Made by a program: the position numbers and the translations under genes
Notes under the pieces: model-generated
Told to the model about the DNA's origin: nothing
Databases searched by the model: none
The model's input: the letters and a program-made list of their open reading frames with translations, nothing else
From: a bacterium
Lineage (GTDB): Bacteria > Patescibacteriota > Minisyncoccia > UBA6257 > 2-01-FULL-56-20
Direction: 5' to 3'
Assembly: GCA_021827685.1 (NCBI GenBank)
Contig: JAKAUM010000012.1
Location: forward strand, 1 to 60,788
Length of the DNA: 60,788 nucleotides
Part shown: piece by piece, positions 51,468 through 60,788 of the stretch
How positions within the stretch are numbered: the stretch's first letter is position 1
How the letters are laid out: every line of letters starts with the position of its first letter

Positions 51468-52510
51468 GACCGCCGCCTGATGGAGTTTACGACGGCGATG
51501 AGCGAAAAGTCCGCCAGCATGCTCGATCCCCCGTAGCTTAAAAACGGAAAGGTGACCCCTACGACCGGAAGGAGGCCGGTGGACGATCCGGCATTCAGTG
51601 CGAACTGGACGATAAGCATGACGGCGGTGCCGAGGCAGATGTATTTTTCGAAATTCTCATCCGCAAGGGCGCCGATGCGGAGAATGCTGTAAACAAGCCA
51701 AAAGAATGCGGCGAGAATAACGAGCCCGCCAAGCACTCCCCATTCCTCGATGAGGGAAGATAATATAAAGTCCTCCGCCGGCTCGGAGAGGAAGCCGAGC
51801 TGGGCCTGCGTCCCCTGCCCATAGCCGGTGCCGAGGAATCCCGCCGACCCGATCGCGACTTTCGACTGAATGGTGCTGTAATTGATCCCGAGCTGGTTTT
51901 GCTGGGGATAGAAGAAGCCGATGATCCGCGCCCGGTGGTAGCTCTTGAACACGAACGTCCAGATGAAGGCCCCCGCGAGCACGAACGCCACGGCGGCGAC
52001 GGCGATCCTCTTCCATGGCAGGCCGGAGAGCAGGAGGAACCCGAACCAGATGGAAAAGAAGATGACGGCCGATCCGAGGTCGGGCAGGCGCGCCGCAATG
52101 GCGGCGGGAATGGCGAAAAACGCGAATGAAGACAGGATAGTCTGCCATCGCGCGACTGCGAGGTGGCGCCGGCTAAAATACTGCGCAAAGAGGAAAATGA
52201 GCGCCACCTTCACGAATTCCGCTGGCTGTATCTCCACGGGGCCGACGATAAGCCAGCTCCTCGTATTCCTGATGCGCGGCCCGAAAAGGAACGCAAACAG
52301 CATGAGGCCGAGCGCGCCGAGGTAAATGCCCCATACCACCCAGCGGTGATTGAAGACCGCGCGCCAGTCCATATAGAAGAAAAACGCGACGAGGCCCGCG
52401 CCGAGCGCGATCCATGCTATCTGCAGGACGAAAAAATGCGTCGAGAGCGTCGAAAGGACGATGAGGCTCGAGGCGAGCAGTATGCCGAGGGGTATAAAAA
52501 GGGAAAGCAT
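51464..52510 (-). CDS. SEDS-family peptidoglycan glycosyltransferase (FtsW/RodA)
   Basis: Polytopic. Motifs: LSEPAEDFILSSLIEEWG, LPVVGVTFPFLSYGGSSM. Confidence 0.9.
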   Translation of the reverse strand: MLSLFIPLGILLASSLIVLSTLSTHFFVLQIAWIALGAGLVAFFFYMDWRAVFNHRWVVWGIYLGALGLMLFAFLFGPRIRNTRSWLIVGPVEIQPAEFVKVALIFLFAQYFSRRHLAVARWQTILSSFAFFAIPAAIAARLPDLGSAVIFFSIWFGFLLLSGLPWKRIAVAAVAFVLAGAFIWTFVFKSYHRARIIGFFYPQQNQLGINYSTIQSKVAIGSAGFLGTGYGQGTQAQLGFLSEPAEDFILSSLIEEWGVLGGLVILAAFFWLVYSILRIGALADENFEKYICLGTAVMLIVQFALNAGSSTGLLPVVGVTFPFLSYGGSSMLADFSLIAVVNSIRRRS

Positions 52511-52528
52511 AAGGGAACGCCTCGGGCG

Positions 52529-53302
52529 CTACGGCCGCGCGGCGTATGCGTAGAATTGCGTAAGGAGCGGATTCACGCCGGGGGCCGCGGCGGCGGGATA
52601 CGAAACGGAAAAGGGCTCCGTTTCGCCGGGAGCGATGGCGTTCAGCTCCGTTTCCGACGCGCCGACCACGGCGCCGTTGCCGCCGTAGAGGATGGCAACG
52701 ATCGTGATATTGCTGAAGGCCGATGGGTCGCCGTCCTCGAGCGTGCCCGCGACCGTGATTTCGCCGGAACCGGAACCGTTGTTCCCGCCCGTCACCGGGA
52801 GAGGGTTTCCGAACTGCGGCGCGGGGCCGAAGTCGCGCGCCGCGACCCAGTCGGGGTTTTCCACGACGAATGACGCATGGTCGAATGCGCCGGCCGAAAT
52901 ATTCGGCACGACGATGTATTTCACCTCGCCGTCATAAAGGAACGACGTTCCGGAAAAGGCTTCGGTCACCGTGCCCGAAGCGTCCTCGAGCTCCAGCGCG
53001 TAATCGAAGCTCTTCGCCGCAAATCCCGTTTCGTGGTTTTCCACGCGCGCGAGAAACGTATAGCTCCCGGCGCCAGAAGAAAAATCATAAAGTTCGCCGA
53101 CGATTATCCCCGCGGCGCCCGAGGGAACGCATCCGGCCCCGCTCGCGCCGCCGGCGCCGTTCGCGCCGCCGGCGCAGGCCGCGACAGGCCCCGAGGGCGC
53201 CGAATTCCGTACGAAAATAAAATAAACCCCGCCCGCAATCGCGGCGAGGACTATCAAATAGAACGCCCCGTAGATAACCTGCTTCGCGCTCCGCGCGGTC
53301 AT
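52529..53302 (-). CDS. hypothetical membrane-anchored protein
   Basis: 257 aa with an ATG start and an N-terminal TM segment (VIYGAFYLIVLAAIAGGVYFIFV). No recognised family. Confidence 0.55.
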   Translation of the reverse strand: MTARSAKQVIYGAFYLIVLAAIAGGVYFIFVRNSAPSGPVAACAGGANGAGGASGAGCVPSGAAGIIVGELYDFSSGAGSYTFLARVENHETGFAAKSFDYALELEDASGTVTEAFSGTSFLYDGEVKYIVVPNISAGAFDHASFVVENPDWVAARDFGPAPQFGNPLPVTGGNNGSGSGEITVAGTLEDGDPSAFSNITIVAILYGGNGAVVGASETELNAIAPGETEPFSVSYPAAAAPGVNPLLTQFYAYAARP

Positions 53303-53407
53303 GGCAGTATTCTACCGTTTTTTCCGGTTTTTGGGCAGTCGGCCGGATCACCCGCCGGGGGCGATCCGCACGGCCGGCCGCGCCGTCGGCTTCCTGTCGG
53401 CCCTTTG

Positions 53408-53520
53408 ATGTCGGCACATCCTACTTTCCCCGCAAGCGCGAGTATCATGGGATCGGGGCGCTTTCACTTCTCTGTTCGGAATGGGAAGAGGTGGGGCACG
53501 CCCAAATGAAGCACCGACGT
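53408..53520 (-). rRNA. rrf: 5S rRNA
   Basis: Minus strand: GUCGGUGC...CCCACCUCUUCCCAUUCCGAACAGAGAAGUGAAAGCGCC...GGAAAGUAGGAUGUGCCGACAU. This matches the conserved loop A/B/C and helix I pattern of 5S rRNA. Confidence 0.9.
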
Positions 53521-53697
53521 CAAAAGGTCGATTTGGAACGGCCGCTTCTGCGCGGTGAGCGCAGAAGCGGATAAGTCAGCATTGGGATGGTTGGCGGGAT
53601 TATTAGTACTCCTCGGCTTAAGCCCTTGCGGGCCTTACACCTGGAGCCTATCAACGTGGTAGTCTTCCACGAAATCACACACACCTAATCTTGGGGT

Positions 53698-53731
<34 letters not shown>

Positions 53732-53850
53732 CTTCCGTACATAGCTACCCGGCAATTCACCTGGTGGCAAAGCCGGTAGACCAGAGGTACGTTCAGCCCA
53801 GTCCTCTCGTACTAAGGCCAACTCCCCTCAAGTGTTAAACGCCTGCAGCA

Positions 53851-53891
<41 letters not shown>

Positions 53892-54525
53892 ACGTGCCAC
53901 TTTAATTGGCGAACAGCCAAACGCTTGGGAGCTTCTCCACCCCCGCGCTGTGGCGAGCCGACATCGAGGTGCCGAGCGAAGTCGTCGATAGGAACTCTCG
54001 GACTTCACCAGCCTGTTATCCCCGGAGTAGCTTTTATCCGGTGTCTCCGGCCTTCCTATAAAGAAGCCGTCGGGTCACTAACTTCCGCTTTCGCGCCTGC
54101 TCGGCTTGTAGGCCTCGCAGTCAAGCCGGCTTATGCGTTTGCACGTCCTGCCCGATTTCCATCCGGGCTAAGCCGACCTTAATAAACTCCTCCGTTACTC
54201 TTTTGGAGGAAAACGCCCCATTTAAACTGCCTACCAAGCACTGTCTCGGTTGGGTTTCCCCTCAGGGTCCCCAACCGGTGAGTCGCTAAAACTTTGAAGA
54301 TGGCTGTTTCATTGTCGGGTCCGCGCGAACCAAAATCCGCGCTTCAATCCCTCGCCACTACGCTACGCATCAAAGCTCTAGAAACAATACCAAGCTGCAG
54401 TAAAGCTTCCGGGGTCTTTTCGTCCCGCTGCAGGTATCCCGCGTCTTCACGGGAATCGCATTTTCACCGAGCTTGCCTCTGAGACAGTTCTCCAGTCGTT
54501 ACGCCTTTCGTGCGCTTCGGAACTT

Positions 54526-55119
54526 CTTTGTGTTTCTTGTTTTACAACAAGTATCAGACTATATCTTTATCTTCAGAGCTTCGATCAACTCCTCTTTATC
54601 GTTTTGCTTGGCCGAGATAAGAGGAAATTTTTCGAAGTGAGGGATTGTTTTTTGCACCAGATCCTTATGATCTCTAATTTCGAATTTCATGGTTTTATCA
54701 CTCCAATCACGGCGGATAAAACCGCATCCGAAATATTTTCTCATGAGATCGAGTACTTGGCGGCGGTCTTCGTTCTGGCTAACCGAAAAACTTGGCCGGA
54801 ATTCCCATCCGAGCAAAGCTTTCGGCTTGCGGTTGAACGTAACCGCGAAACATCCTTCACCGTCAACATAGCCGGTTATGTATTCCGCTATGTTTCTATC
54901 CGAAGAAGCCGGCGTGTAATGAATTGGCGAAGCCAAATCATTGCGTCCTTTTACGGACGGAGTCGTTACGGGGTCATTTCGATCTTTGATCGATGGACTT
55001 CCCACGATGTTATCCTGCCAAATAAAGATTAAATGGACATTAAATCTTTTTGACGGGACTTCCTCGTTATAAGCCGGCAGTTACAATGCGCCTCACGGCG
55101 CAAAGGGGCAAGTTTCCTT
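54526..55119 (-). mobile_element. intervening sequence in 23S domain IV (group-I-intron-like) carrying a homing endonuclease ORF
   Basis: The conserved run ...AAUUCCUUUUCGGGU | AAGUUCCGAAGCGCACGAAAGGCG is split by about 594 nt. The boundaries are ambiguous by up to 3 nt because AAG is repeated. With my choice the 5' exon ends in U and the insert ends in G, as group I splicing requires. Confidence 0.75.
54559..55005 (-). CDS. LAGLIDADG homing endonuclease (single-motif type)
   Basis: 148 aa with a GTG start in the track. It has the LAGLIDADG motif YITGYVDGEGCFAV, followed by a typical FRPSFSVSQNEDRRQVLDLMRKYFGCG core. The first 35 aa or so may be non-coding intron RNA. Confidence 0.85.
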   Translation of the reverse strand: MGSPSIKDRNDPVTTPSVKGRNDLASPIHYTPASSDRNIAEYITGYVDGEGCFAVTFNRKPKALLGWEFRPSFSVSQNEDRRQVLDLMRKYFGCGFIRRDWSDKTMKFEIRDHKDLVQKTIPHFEKFPLISAKQNDKEELIEALKIKI

Positions 55120-56591
55120 ACCCGAAAAGGAATTGCGCTACCTTAGAACGATTATAGTTATCGCTGACATTGACGAGGGCTTGAGCCAGTGAGCCGCGCG
55201 CATTGCTGCGCGCCACCCCCAGCCTTGACCTTCTCGCATCGGTCAGGCGTCACCCCCTATACATCCTCTTGCGAGTTAGCAGGGAGCTGTGTTTTTGGTA
55301 AACAGTCGCCAGAGATACTTTCGCTGCGGCCCCGCCCCGACGCATTGCTGCGCCGAGAAAGGGCAGGCCTTATCGCGAACTTACGGCCGCTTTTTTGCCG
55401 AGTTCCTTAGAGGCAAATCACTCGTTCCCCTTGGGCTTCTCGCCCTATCCACCAGTGTCGGTTTCCGGTACGGATCCTCTGCAACGTGACCGGCGCGCTT
55501 TTCTCGGAAAGCTCTTCACGCGTGTCGGCGGGGTAAATTCCCCGCCTTCCGCCCATGCGCGCGTTAACTTCGCATGAGCGATACCAAACCATTAAGGCAT
55601 ACGCGCTTATTTCCTTCGCACGCGACGGATAATCGCAAAGGAGGGCTGGAATATTGACCAGCATGCCATCAGCTGCGGCTTTCGCCATCGCCTTAGGACC
55701 GCCTAACCCGTGGTTGATTGCCAGTGCCACGGAAACCTTGGATTTTCGGGGTTCCAATTTCTCATTGGGATTGTGGTTACTCATGCCAACATTTTCTCTT
55801 CCGGCCGCTCCAGCCGCCCTCGCGGGTCAACCTTCACTGCGGGCCGGAATGCTCTCCTACCGCTCGCCGGCTTCAATGAAGCCGGCGAACCCGTAGCTTC
55901 GGTACCATGCTTAGCCCCGGTACATTTTCGGCGCGCCCCGCCGTCGAGCAGTGAGTTGTTACACACTCTTTAAAGGATGGCTACCTCTAAGCCAACCTCC
56001 TGCCTGTCTATGGCGGCACACTACCTTTTACACTTAGCATGGATTTAGGGACCTTAGCTTACGATCTGGGCTCTTCCCCTCGCGACCACGGAGCTTAGCC
56101 CCCGCAGTCTGACTAGCGTGATACCGCCGCGGTATTCGGAGTTTGATTGGTCTGTCGGCCTTTCGGCCTTTACAGACCATCCAGTGCTCTACCCCCGCGG
56201 TTACTTCACGCCGCTAGTCCTAAAACTATTTCGGAGAGAACCAGCTATTACCGAATTCGATTAGCTTTTCACTCCTTACCTCAGCTCATCCGAAGGTTTT
56301 GCACAACCCACCGGTTCGGGCCTCCCTTTCGGTTTCCCGAAAGTTCACCCTGGCCAAGGCAAGCTCATCCGGCTTCGGGTCTATCTTGCGCTGCCTAATT
56401 CGCCCTGTTAAGACTCGCTTTCGCTGTGCCTCCGCGCTGACGCGCTTAGACAAGCAACGCAAGATAAGTCGTTGGCTCATTCTTCAATAGGCACATCGTT
56501 CCACTCGCTACGCGTTGCCGCGCAGCGCTCGTGGTTCGATTCCTTGTAGACAAATGGTTTCAGGTTCTATTTCAACGGCCTCACCGGCCTG

Positions 56592-56628
<37 letters not shown>

Positions 56629-57424
56629 ATCTCTGGAAGTATTTAGCCTTGCCTGATAGTACAGGCGAATTCCTCCGGGACTGTTTTACCCCGAAGTACT
56701 CAAGTTGAAAAACTAAGGAGACCATCGGTTTTCGCCTACGGGGCTATCACCCGCTTTGGCCCGGCTTTCCAGCGCGGTTCGGCTAACCGGTGATTTTGTC
56801 ACTCCTCCACCCCGCCCACTAGTAACCGGTTACAAAGTAGCCAGTTACTAGTACGCGGGAGCGTCTCTCCCTTATTACCCTAAGGCCGGCCTTGCGGCCA
56901 GAGCCTTAGTTTGGGCTCTTCCCTTTTCTCTCGCCGATACTAGGGGAATAAACTGATTTGTTCTTTTTTCCTTCGGCTACTGAAATGTTTTACTTCGCCG
57001 AGTGCGCGAACCGCCTTACGGCGGAACAATTGAGGTTTACTCAACTGGGTTACCCCATTCGGAAATCCCCGGATCATAGGTTGCTACGCACCTCCCCGAG
57101 GCGTATCGCCGCTACGCCGCGTCCTTCATCGCCTTCCAGAGTCAAGGCATCCACCATTCGCCCTTAATGCCAACCATCCCAATGCTGACTTAATCCGTAA
57201 TGCCGCAGGGTTTTGAGGACGCGCGCCGTTCGCCCGCCCGCAAAACCCTGCGGCATACGAAAAACCCTGCCTGCCGCGAAGAAATTGATGCCGAAATGCA
57301 TAACGGCAAAGTCGCGACGCAGGGCTTCCGGTATAAATACCCCGACTCTACAATTCGGAGTGCCCGCCGGACAACGCCGGCAAGGCCCTGTAAAATCTGC
57401 AAAAGGTACGATGCCGGCGGAATT

Positions 57425-57453
57425 AAGAAAAAATCAGCCGCACACGGCGGCTG
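57425..57453 (-). terminator. terminator-like hairpin plus U-tract inside the 23S leader
   Basis: Stem cagccgc(57435-57441)/gcggctg(57447-57453). On the minus strand it is followed by ATTTTTTCTT. Confidence 0.45.
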
Positions 57454-57529
57454 GTCCGATGCGCAAAATGCGCGGGCTCAGCCGCAGTGCCGTTTGAAGA
57501 TTTTTACCGTAAGCATTCGTACGCCGTCT

Positions 57530-57557
57530 ATTATAGGCGTGCCCCGTAAGGTGTCAA
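57530..57557 (-). promoter_or_regulatory. consensus sigma70 promoter upstream of the 23S rRNA
   Basis: Minus strand: TTGACA, a 16-nt spacer, then TATAAT (-10 at 57530-57535, -35 at 57552-57557). It lies about 340 nt upstream of the 23S processing stem. Confidence 0.55.
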
Positions 57558-57666
57558 GCGCCCGGCGGTGCGGTATCGGCGCAACCGCCAGTACCGCGCG
57601 GCCGGCGCCGCGGCAGTTGAATTTTTATCTAAAACCGTGTTCAATATTCAGGTGAGAGATGAGTTG

Positions 57667-57737
57667 CGGGCCGTCGTATAGTGGCAGTATGCACGCTTCG
57701 GGTGCGTGCGGTCCGGGTTCGATTCCCGGCGGCCCGA
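57667..57737 (+). tRNA. tRNA-Pro (anticodon CGG)
   Basis: Acceptor CGGGCCG/CGGCCCG plus an A discriminator. Anticodon arm CACGC-UUCGGGU-GCGUG, with U33 and G37. T arm CCGGG-UUCGAUU-CCCGG. The D-arm is slightly irregular in my hand fold. Confidence 0.75.
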
Positions 57738-57797
57738 CGTTAAGTCGCTTTGGATTGTCACATTAAGCGATGTTTTATAAACTTAATACATTCATCT

Positions 57798-58334
57798 ATG
57801 AAACGGCGTTTGCAAATCGGCGTGATGGGATCCGCAGCCGACCTTCAATATTCAAAAGGCGTCGAAGGGCTTGCATTCAGCTTAGGAAGGGAAGTGGCTA
57901 GAACCGACAGCATTCTCGTGTACGGCGCGGAAAAAGACTACGACTCACTCTCGACCGCCGCTGCCCGCGGCGCTAAGAGCGCAGGCGGGTTTACCGTAGG
58001 CATCACATACGGAAAGGGAAAGAAAATTTTGGGCGGAGGCGGCGATACTGATGTGATAATTGCAACGGGAATTGAGCGTGGCGGCGGGAGAGAATTCGTC
58101 CTGGTCAACTCTTGCGACGCGATTATCGCCGTCTCGGGAGGCTCGGGAACCCTCACGGAGATGGCAATTGCATATCAACTTGGGATACCCGTAGTAGCTC
58201 TTGTCGGCACGGGAGGATGGGCAGCCAAGTTGGCGGGAAAATATATCGATGAAAGAAAACGCTTTAAGATCGTACCGGCGAAGACAGCCCCCGAGGCAGT
58301 GCGCAAAGCTGTTGCGCTGGCGAAAAGAGAATAA
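57798..58334 (+). CDS. LOG/TIGR00725-like (SLOG superfamily) Rossmann protein
   Basis: IGVMGSA at the N-terminus and the GGSGTLTEMAIA (GGxGTxxE) motif. I place the start at the ATG at 57798. Confidence 0.65.
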   Translation: MKRRLQIGVMGSAADLQYSKGVEGLAFSLGREVARTDSILVYGAEKDYDSLSTAAARGAKSAGGFTVGITYGKGKKILGGGGDTDVIIATGIERGGGREFVLVNSCDAIIAVSGGSGTLTEMAIAYQLGIPVVALVGTGGWAAKLAGKYIDERKRFKIVPAKTAPEAVRKAVALAKRE

Positions 58335-58630
58335 GCCTATAATCACGGAGGAATATCCAAGGTGCCCCGCGACTTTTCTCGCACTCCACCCGGAACGGAC
58401 AGGCTGCACGGCATCCACCCAGACGCGGGGCCGTTCTGGGTTGTTCGAATATGCCATGTACATAGCTTGGCACACCGGGGTGGTGCGAAGCTATTGAACC
58501 ATTACGGAGAGATTGACAAATCCTAGTCACCGTGGTAAGGTGAAAATTAGTCATTAGGCAAAATGCGTCATGCGTTTTGCTCTTTGACAAATTCACATAC
58601 AGAAAACAGAAAGAAGAAAGGAGGCCTGCC

Positions 58631-60286
58631 ATGGCCATCCGTCGCTACCTCTCGGTCGCGATTGCCGCGATCATCTTCATCACCACCGCAGGCCTCACGG
58701 CATGCGGCGGTGGAGCAAACAGTGGCGGCGGAACGCCGCCTCCTCCTCCCGTCACTATTACGATCAGCGGAAACCCGCTGACCGTGAATGCCGCCGGGCA
58801 AGTCCAGCTTACCGCAACCGCTTCGGGCGGGAACGGCAACCTGGCTGTCACGTGGAGCGCCTCACCGAACGTCGGTAGTTTTTCGCCGGCGAGCGGGACG
58901 AGCGTCGTCTACACGGCGCCCGCCGATGCGGCGATGACGCAAAGTCCGGAGCAAATAACAGTGACCGGAACAGCGTCGTCAGGAAAGCAGTCCTCGTCCA
59001 GCACGGTCGACGTGACCGTGGACCGGACGATCACGCTCAGCCTGGCGCCGGGCTCGATAGTGCCGAATTCCGAGATTTACTCGGATTTCGGAGCTATGGT
59101 CCCCGTGTGGTACTCCTGCGTCGGCTGCGAAGTCGGCGACACCGTGAATTCCACGAGTTCGTTCGGCGGCGTCGTGCAGGGAACCCTCCAGAATGGCTTT
59201 GCCAACCCCTGGCAAATTCTTTATAACTGGTTTGGACAGCTCGACATCCCTGGATCCGTTTCCACCTGGGTTACGGGCCAGGACGGAGCAAAATCCAACA
59301 CCCTCTGGCTCACCTTCGACGGGAGCCAGAATATGGCCGTCGAGGATTCATCATCGGGAGAGATCTACTATAGCTATTCCGGCGACAGCGTCCAAAACCC
59401 AGGGAATATCCTGAAATACAAACAGGATGGTACCGCAGACGGAAGCCTCATCGGTTCCGTGCCCGGCATCGCCGTAGACGGCACCACGCACGATGTGGTG
59501 TTCGTCCAAGCGGGCGGCGCTGATATTGTTATCACCAACCCGGATAGCAACAACGCATTCGGAGCTTTTTCTCCTAACAACTCCCACTATCTGGGCGTGA
59601 GCGCTGCCGACGGCCTCGGCTGCGCCACGGAACCGGAAAGTGACGTCGTGACCTGCTTCGACCTTCCGACGCAACAGGTCTTCGTAAGCACCCCGTACGT
59701 CAACTTGCCCGGGATCCCCTCGGGAAGCCAACCCCTGCCGGTGAAGGTCATGGACTCCTCTGACGTCGTGGTCTACGGCCGGGGCGATTCAACGCTCCGG
59801 TGGTATACGGTGTCGTCGTCGGGAACATCGGCGACTGCGGCGGGAACGCTTACGCTGTCCCAACTCACGCCGGCCAACGCGGCATACTGGAACCAGTATC
59901 CGGTGACCGGCGGCTGGGAAATTGCAGAGGCGAACGGCATCCTCGGCATAATGGGCCAGGTCGTAAATGCCGACGGGACAGTGAGCCAAAAACTCGCCCT
60001 CGTCGACAATACGAACCAGACCCTTATGCAGTATGCGGATCTGCCTCCGGGCACCATTCACATTACGGCCGACCCCGTGCATAACGGAATTTTGGCCGAA
60101 TATGTGGACTTCTCCGGAGCCACCCCGATCACGCGATTCGCACGAATCGATGTGAATACCGGGAGCGTGACCACGCTCTCGGCGACCTCTGCTCTTTTCC
60201 CCGGGGTCGGTTTTCTTGTCACGAACGACGGCAGTTATATCGCCGTCTTCGCGGGAGGGAAAGCCGACTTCATCCCCTATCAGTAA
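58631..60286 (+). CDS. putative lipoprotein with an Ig-like N-terminal domain and a repeat-rich C-terminal region
   Basis: ATG at 58631 preceded by AAGGAGG. Signal peptide and lipobox: AIIFITTAGLTAC-GG. Pro-rich linker, then a Big-like segment VTITISGNPLTVNAAGQVQLTATASGGNGNLAVTWSAS. Confidence 0.7.
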   Translation: MAIRRYLSVAIAAIIFITTAGLTACGGGANSGGGTPPPPPVTITISGNPLTVNAAGQVQLTATASGGNGNLAVTWSASPNVGSFSPASGTSVVYTAPADAAMTQSPEQITVTGTASSGKQSSSSTVDVTVDRTITLSLAPGSIVPNSEIYSDFGAMVPVWYSCVGCEVGDTVNSTSSFGGVVQGTLQNGFANPWQILYNWFGQLDIPGSVSTWVTGQDGAKSNTLWLTFDGSQNMAVEDSSSGEIYYSYSGDSVQNPGNILKYKQDGTADGSLIGSVPGIAVDGTTHDVVFVQAGGADIVITNPDSNNAFGAFSPNNSHYLGVSAADGLGCATEPESDVVTCFDLPTQQVFVSTPYVNLPGIPSGSQPLPVKVMDSSDVVVYGRGDSTLRWYTVSSSGTSATAAGTLTLSQLTPANAAYWNQYPVTGGWEIAEANGILGIMGQVVNADGTVSQKLALVDNTNQTLMQYADLPPGTIHITADPVHNGILAEYVDFSGATPITRFARIDVNTGSVTTLSATSALFPGVGFLVTNDGSYIAVFAGGKADFIPYQ

Positions 60287-60292
60287 CAACCA

Positions 60293-60346
60293 AAGCCCTG
60301 GCGGGCCAGATGAATATCATTCATCCCGCCAGGGCTTATCTTTTTA
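60293..60346. terminator. bidirectional terminator between convergent genes
   Basis: 13-bp stem aagccctggcggg(60293-60305)/cccgccagggctt(60325-60337), followed by ATCTTTTTAT on the plus strand. Confidence 0.65.
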
Positions 60347-60788
60347 TGGATTGATCTCCCGAAGGCCGCCGGGGGTTTGGATCGGCTGGATGACCGTAAC
60401 GGTCGTCGTGGACTGGTAAGTGCCGTTTGTCCCGCTGCAGAAAAGACCGTAATCGGTGGTGCTTGGCGGTGTGACGGAAGCATTGCCAAAGGTGCTGGTA
60501 GCAACGCCATTGCCGAACTGTCCTCCACTCAGGATGCAGGAGTTCGCGTATTGGCAGCCCCATGAGAGCACAGAGCTTGCGCCGGACGGGATGCTCGACG
60601 AACTCGCGCCGAAAGTGCAGGAAGGCGGCGGCGGAATGACGGTGATCGTGATGTTAGTAAAAGGACCAGACACATTACCCGGGGCACCATTGATAGCCGG
60701 CTCCGACGTCCCGTTCCACGTAATCGTCGCCGTATGCGTCCCCACCGGCAAACTGCTCGAGGCATGGATGCCGATGCCTGCGTTGCGC
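60344..60788 (-). CDS. secreted/Ig-like repeat protein, C-terminal part (gene continues past window end)
   Basis: The frame stays open from 60751 to the window edge (…RNAGIGIHASSSLPVGTHTATITWNG…). Cys-containing Ig-like segments: SCTFGASSSSIPSGASSVLSWGC. Confidence 0.55.
   Translation of the reverse strand, partial: RNAGIGIHASSSLPVGTHTATITWNGTSEPAINGAPGNVSGPFTNITITVIPPPPSCTFGASSSSIPSGASSVLSWGCQYANSCILSGGQFGNGVATSTFGNASVTPPSTTDYGLFCSGTNGTYQSTTTVTVIQPIQTPGGLREINP

Overview
This 60.8 kb window looks like a streamlined, CPR/Patescibacteria-like bacterial chromosome; that assignment is an inference from gene content. Two parts differ clearly.

(1) Housekeeping core, about 14.6-57.7 kb. It is visibly high-GC and almost all on the minus strand. 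It carries:
- the ribosomal/RNAP cluster infA-rpmJ-rpsM-rpsK-rpsD-rpoA-rplQ-rplM-rpsI;
- the dnaG-rpoD pair and tRNA-Gly(CCC);
- alaS, serS, thrS, miaA, gatB, lepA and alr;
- division and envelope genes: FtsQ-like, FtsB-like, a SEDS protein, MltG, a DUF4012 protein and a GT-C glycosyltransferase;
- rpsF-ssb-rplK;
- a single 2255-aa ORF fusing RNA polymerase beta and beta-prime;
- a 23S-5S rRNA unit with no adjacent 16S. The 23S is interrupted by a roughly 594-nt intervening sequence that encodes a LAGLIDADG homing endonuclease.

(2) Accessory island, about 1-14.6 kb, visibly lower in GC. It holds the most interesting signal, a fragmented diversity-generating retroelement (DGR) landscape:
- a 114-nt Asn/AAC-rich template repeat (TR, 13272-13385). 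It pairs with a variable repeat (VR, 13750-13863) at the 3' end of a cytoplasmic target gene, and the mismatches concentrate on TR adenines;
- three paralogous genes (4893-5774, 5849-6700, 9059-9910). Their C-terminal C-type-lectin/FGE-like tails are hypervariable at first and second codon positions, while every invariant codon in the block lacks adenine;
- an internal remnant of a DGR-type reverse transcriptase (8727-9053) that directly abuts one of these genes.

The variable-tail genes sit in one co-directional gene string with a MoxR/AAA_5-like ATPase and a vWA protein carrying an HExxH motif. A MerR-HTH/GHKL-ATPase and a STAS-like (DUF4325-like) pair lies just upstream. I read this as a candidate DGR-diversified intracellular sensor system coupled to MoxR-vWA, possibly partly decayed.

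The many long ORFs antisense to real genes in the high-GC part are shadow ORFs and were rejected. All coordinates, alignments and counts were made by hand from the sequence. No database search was run.
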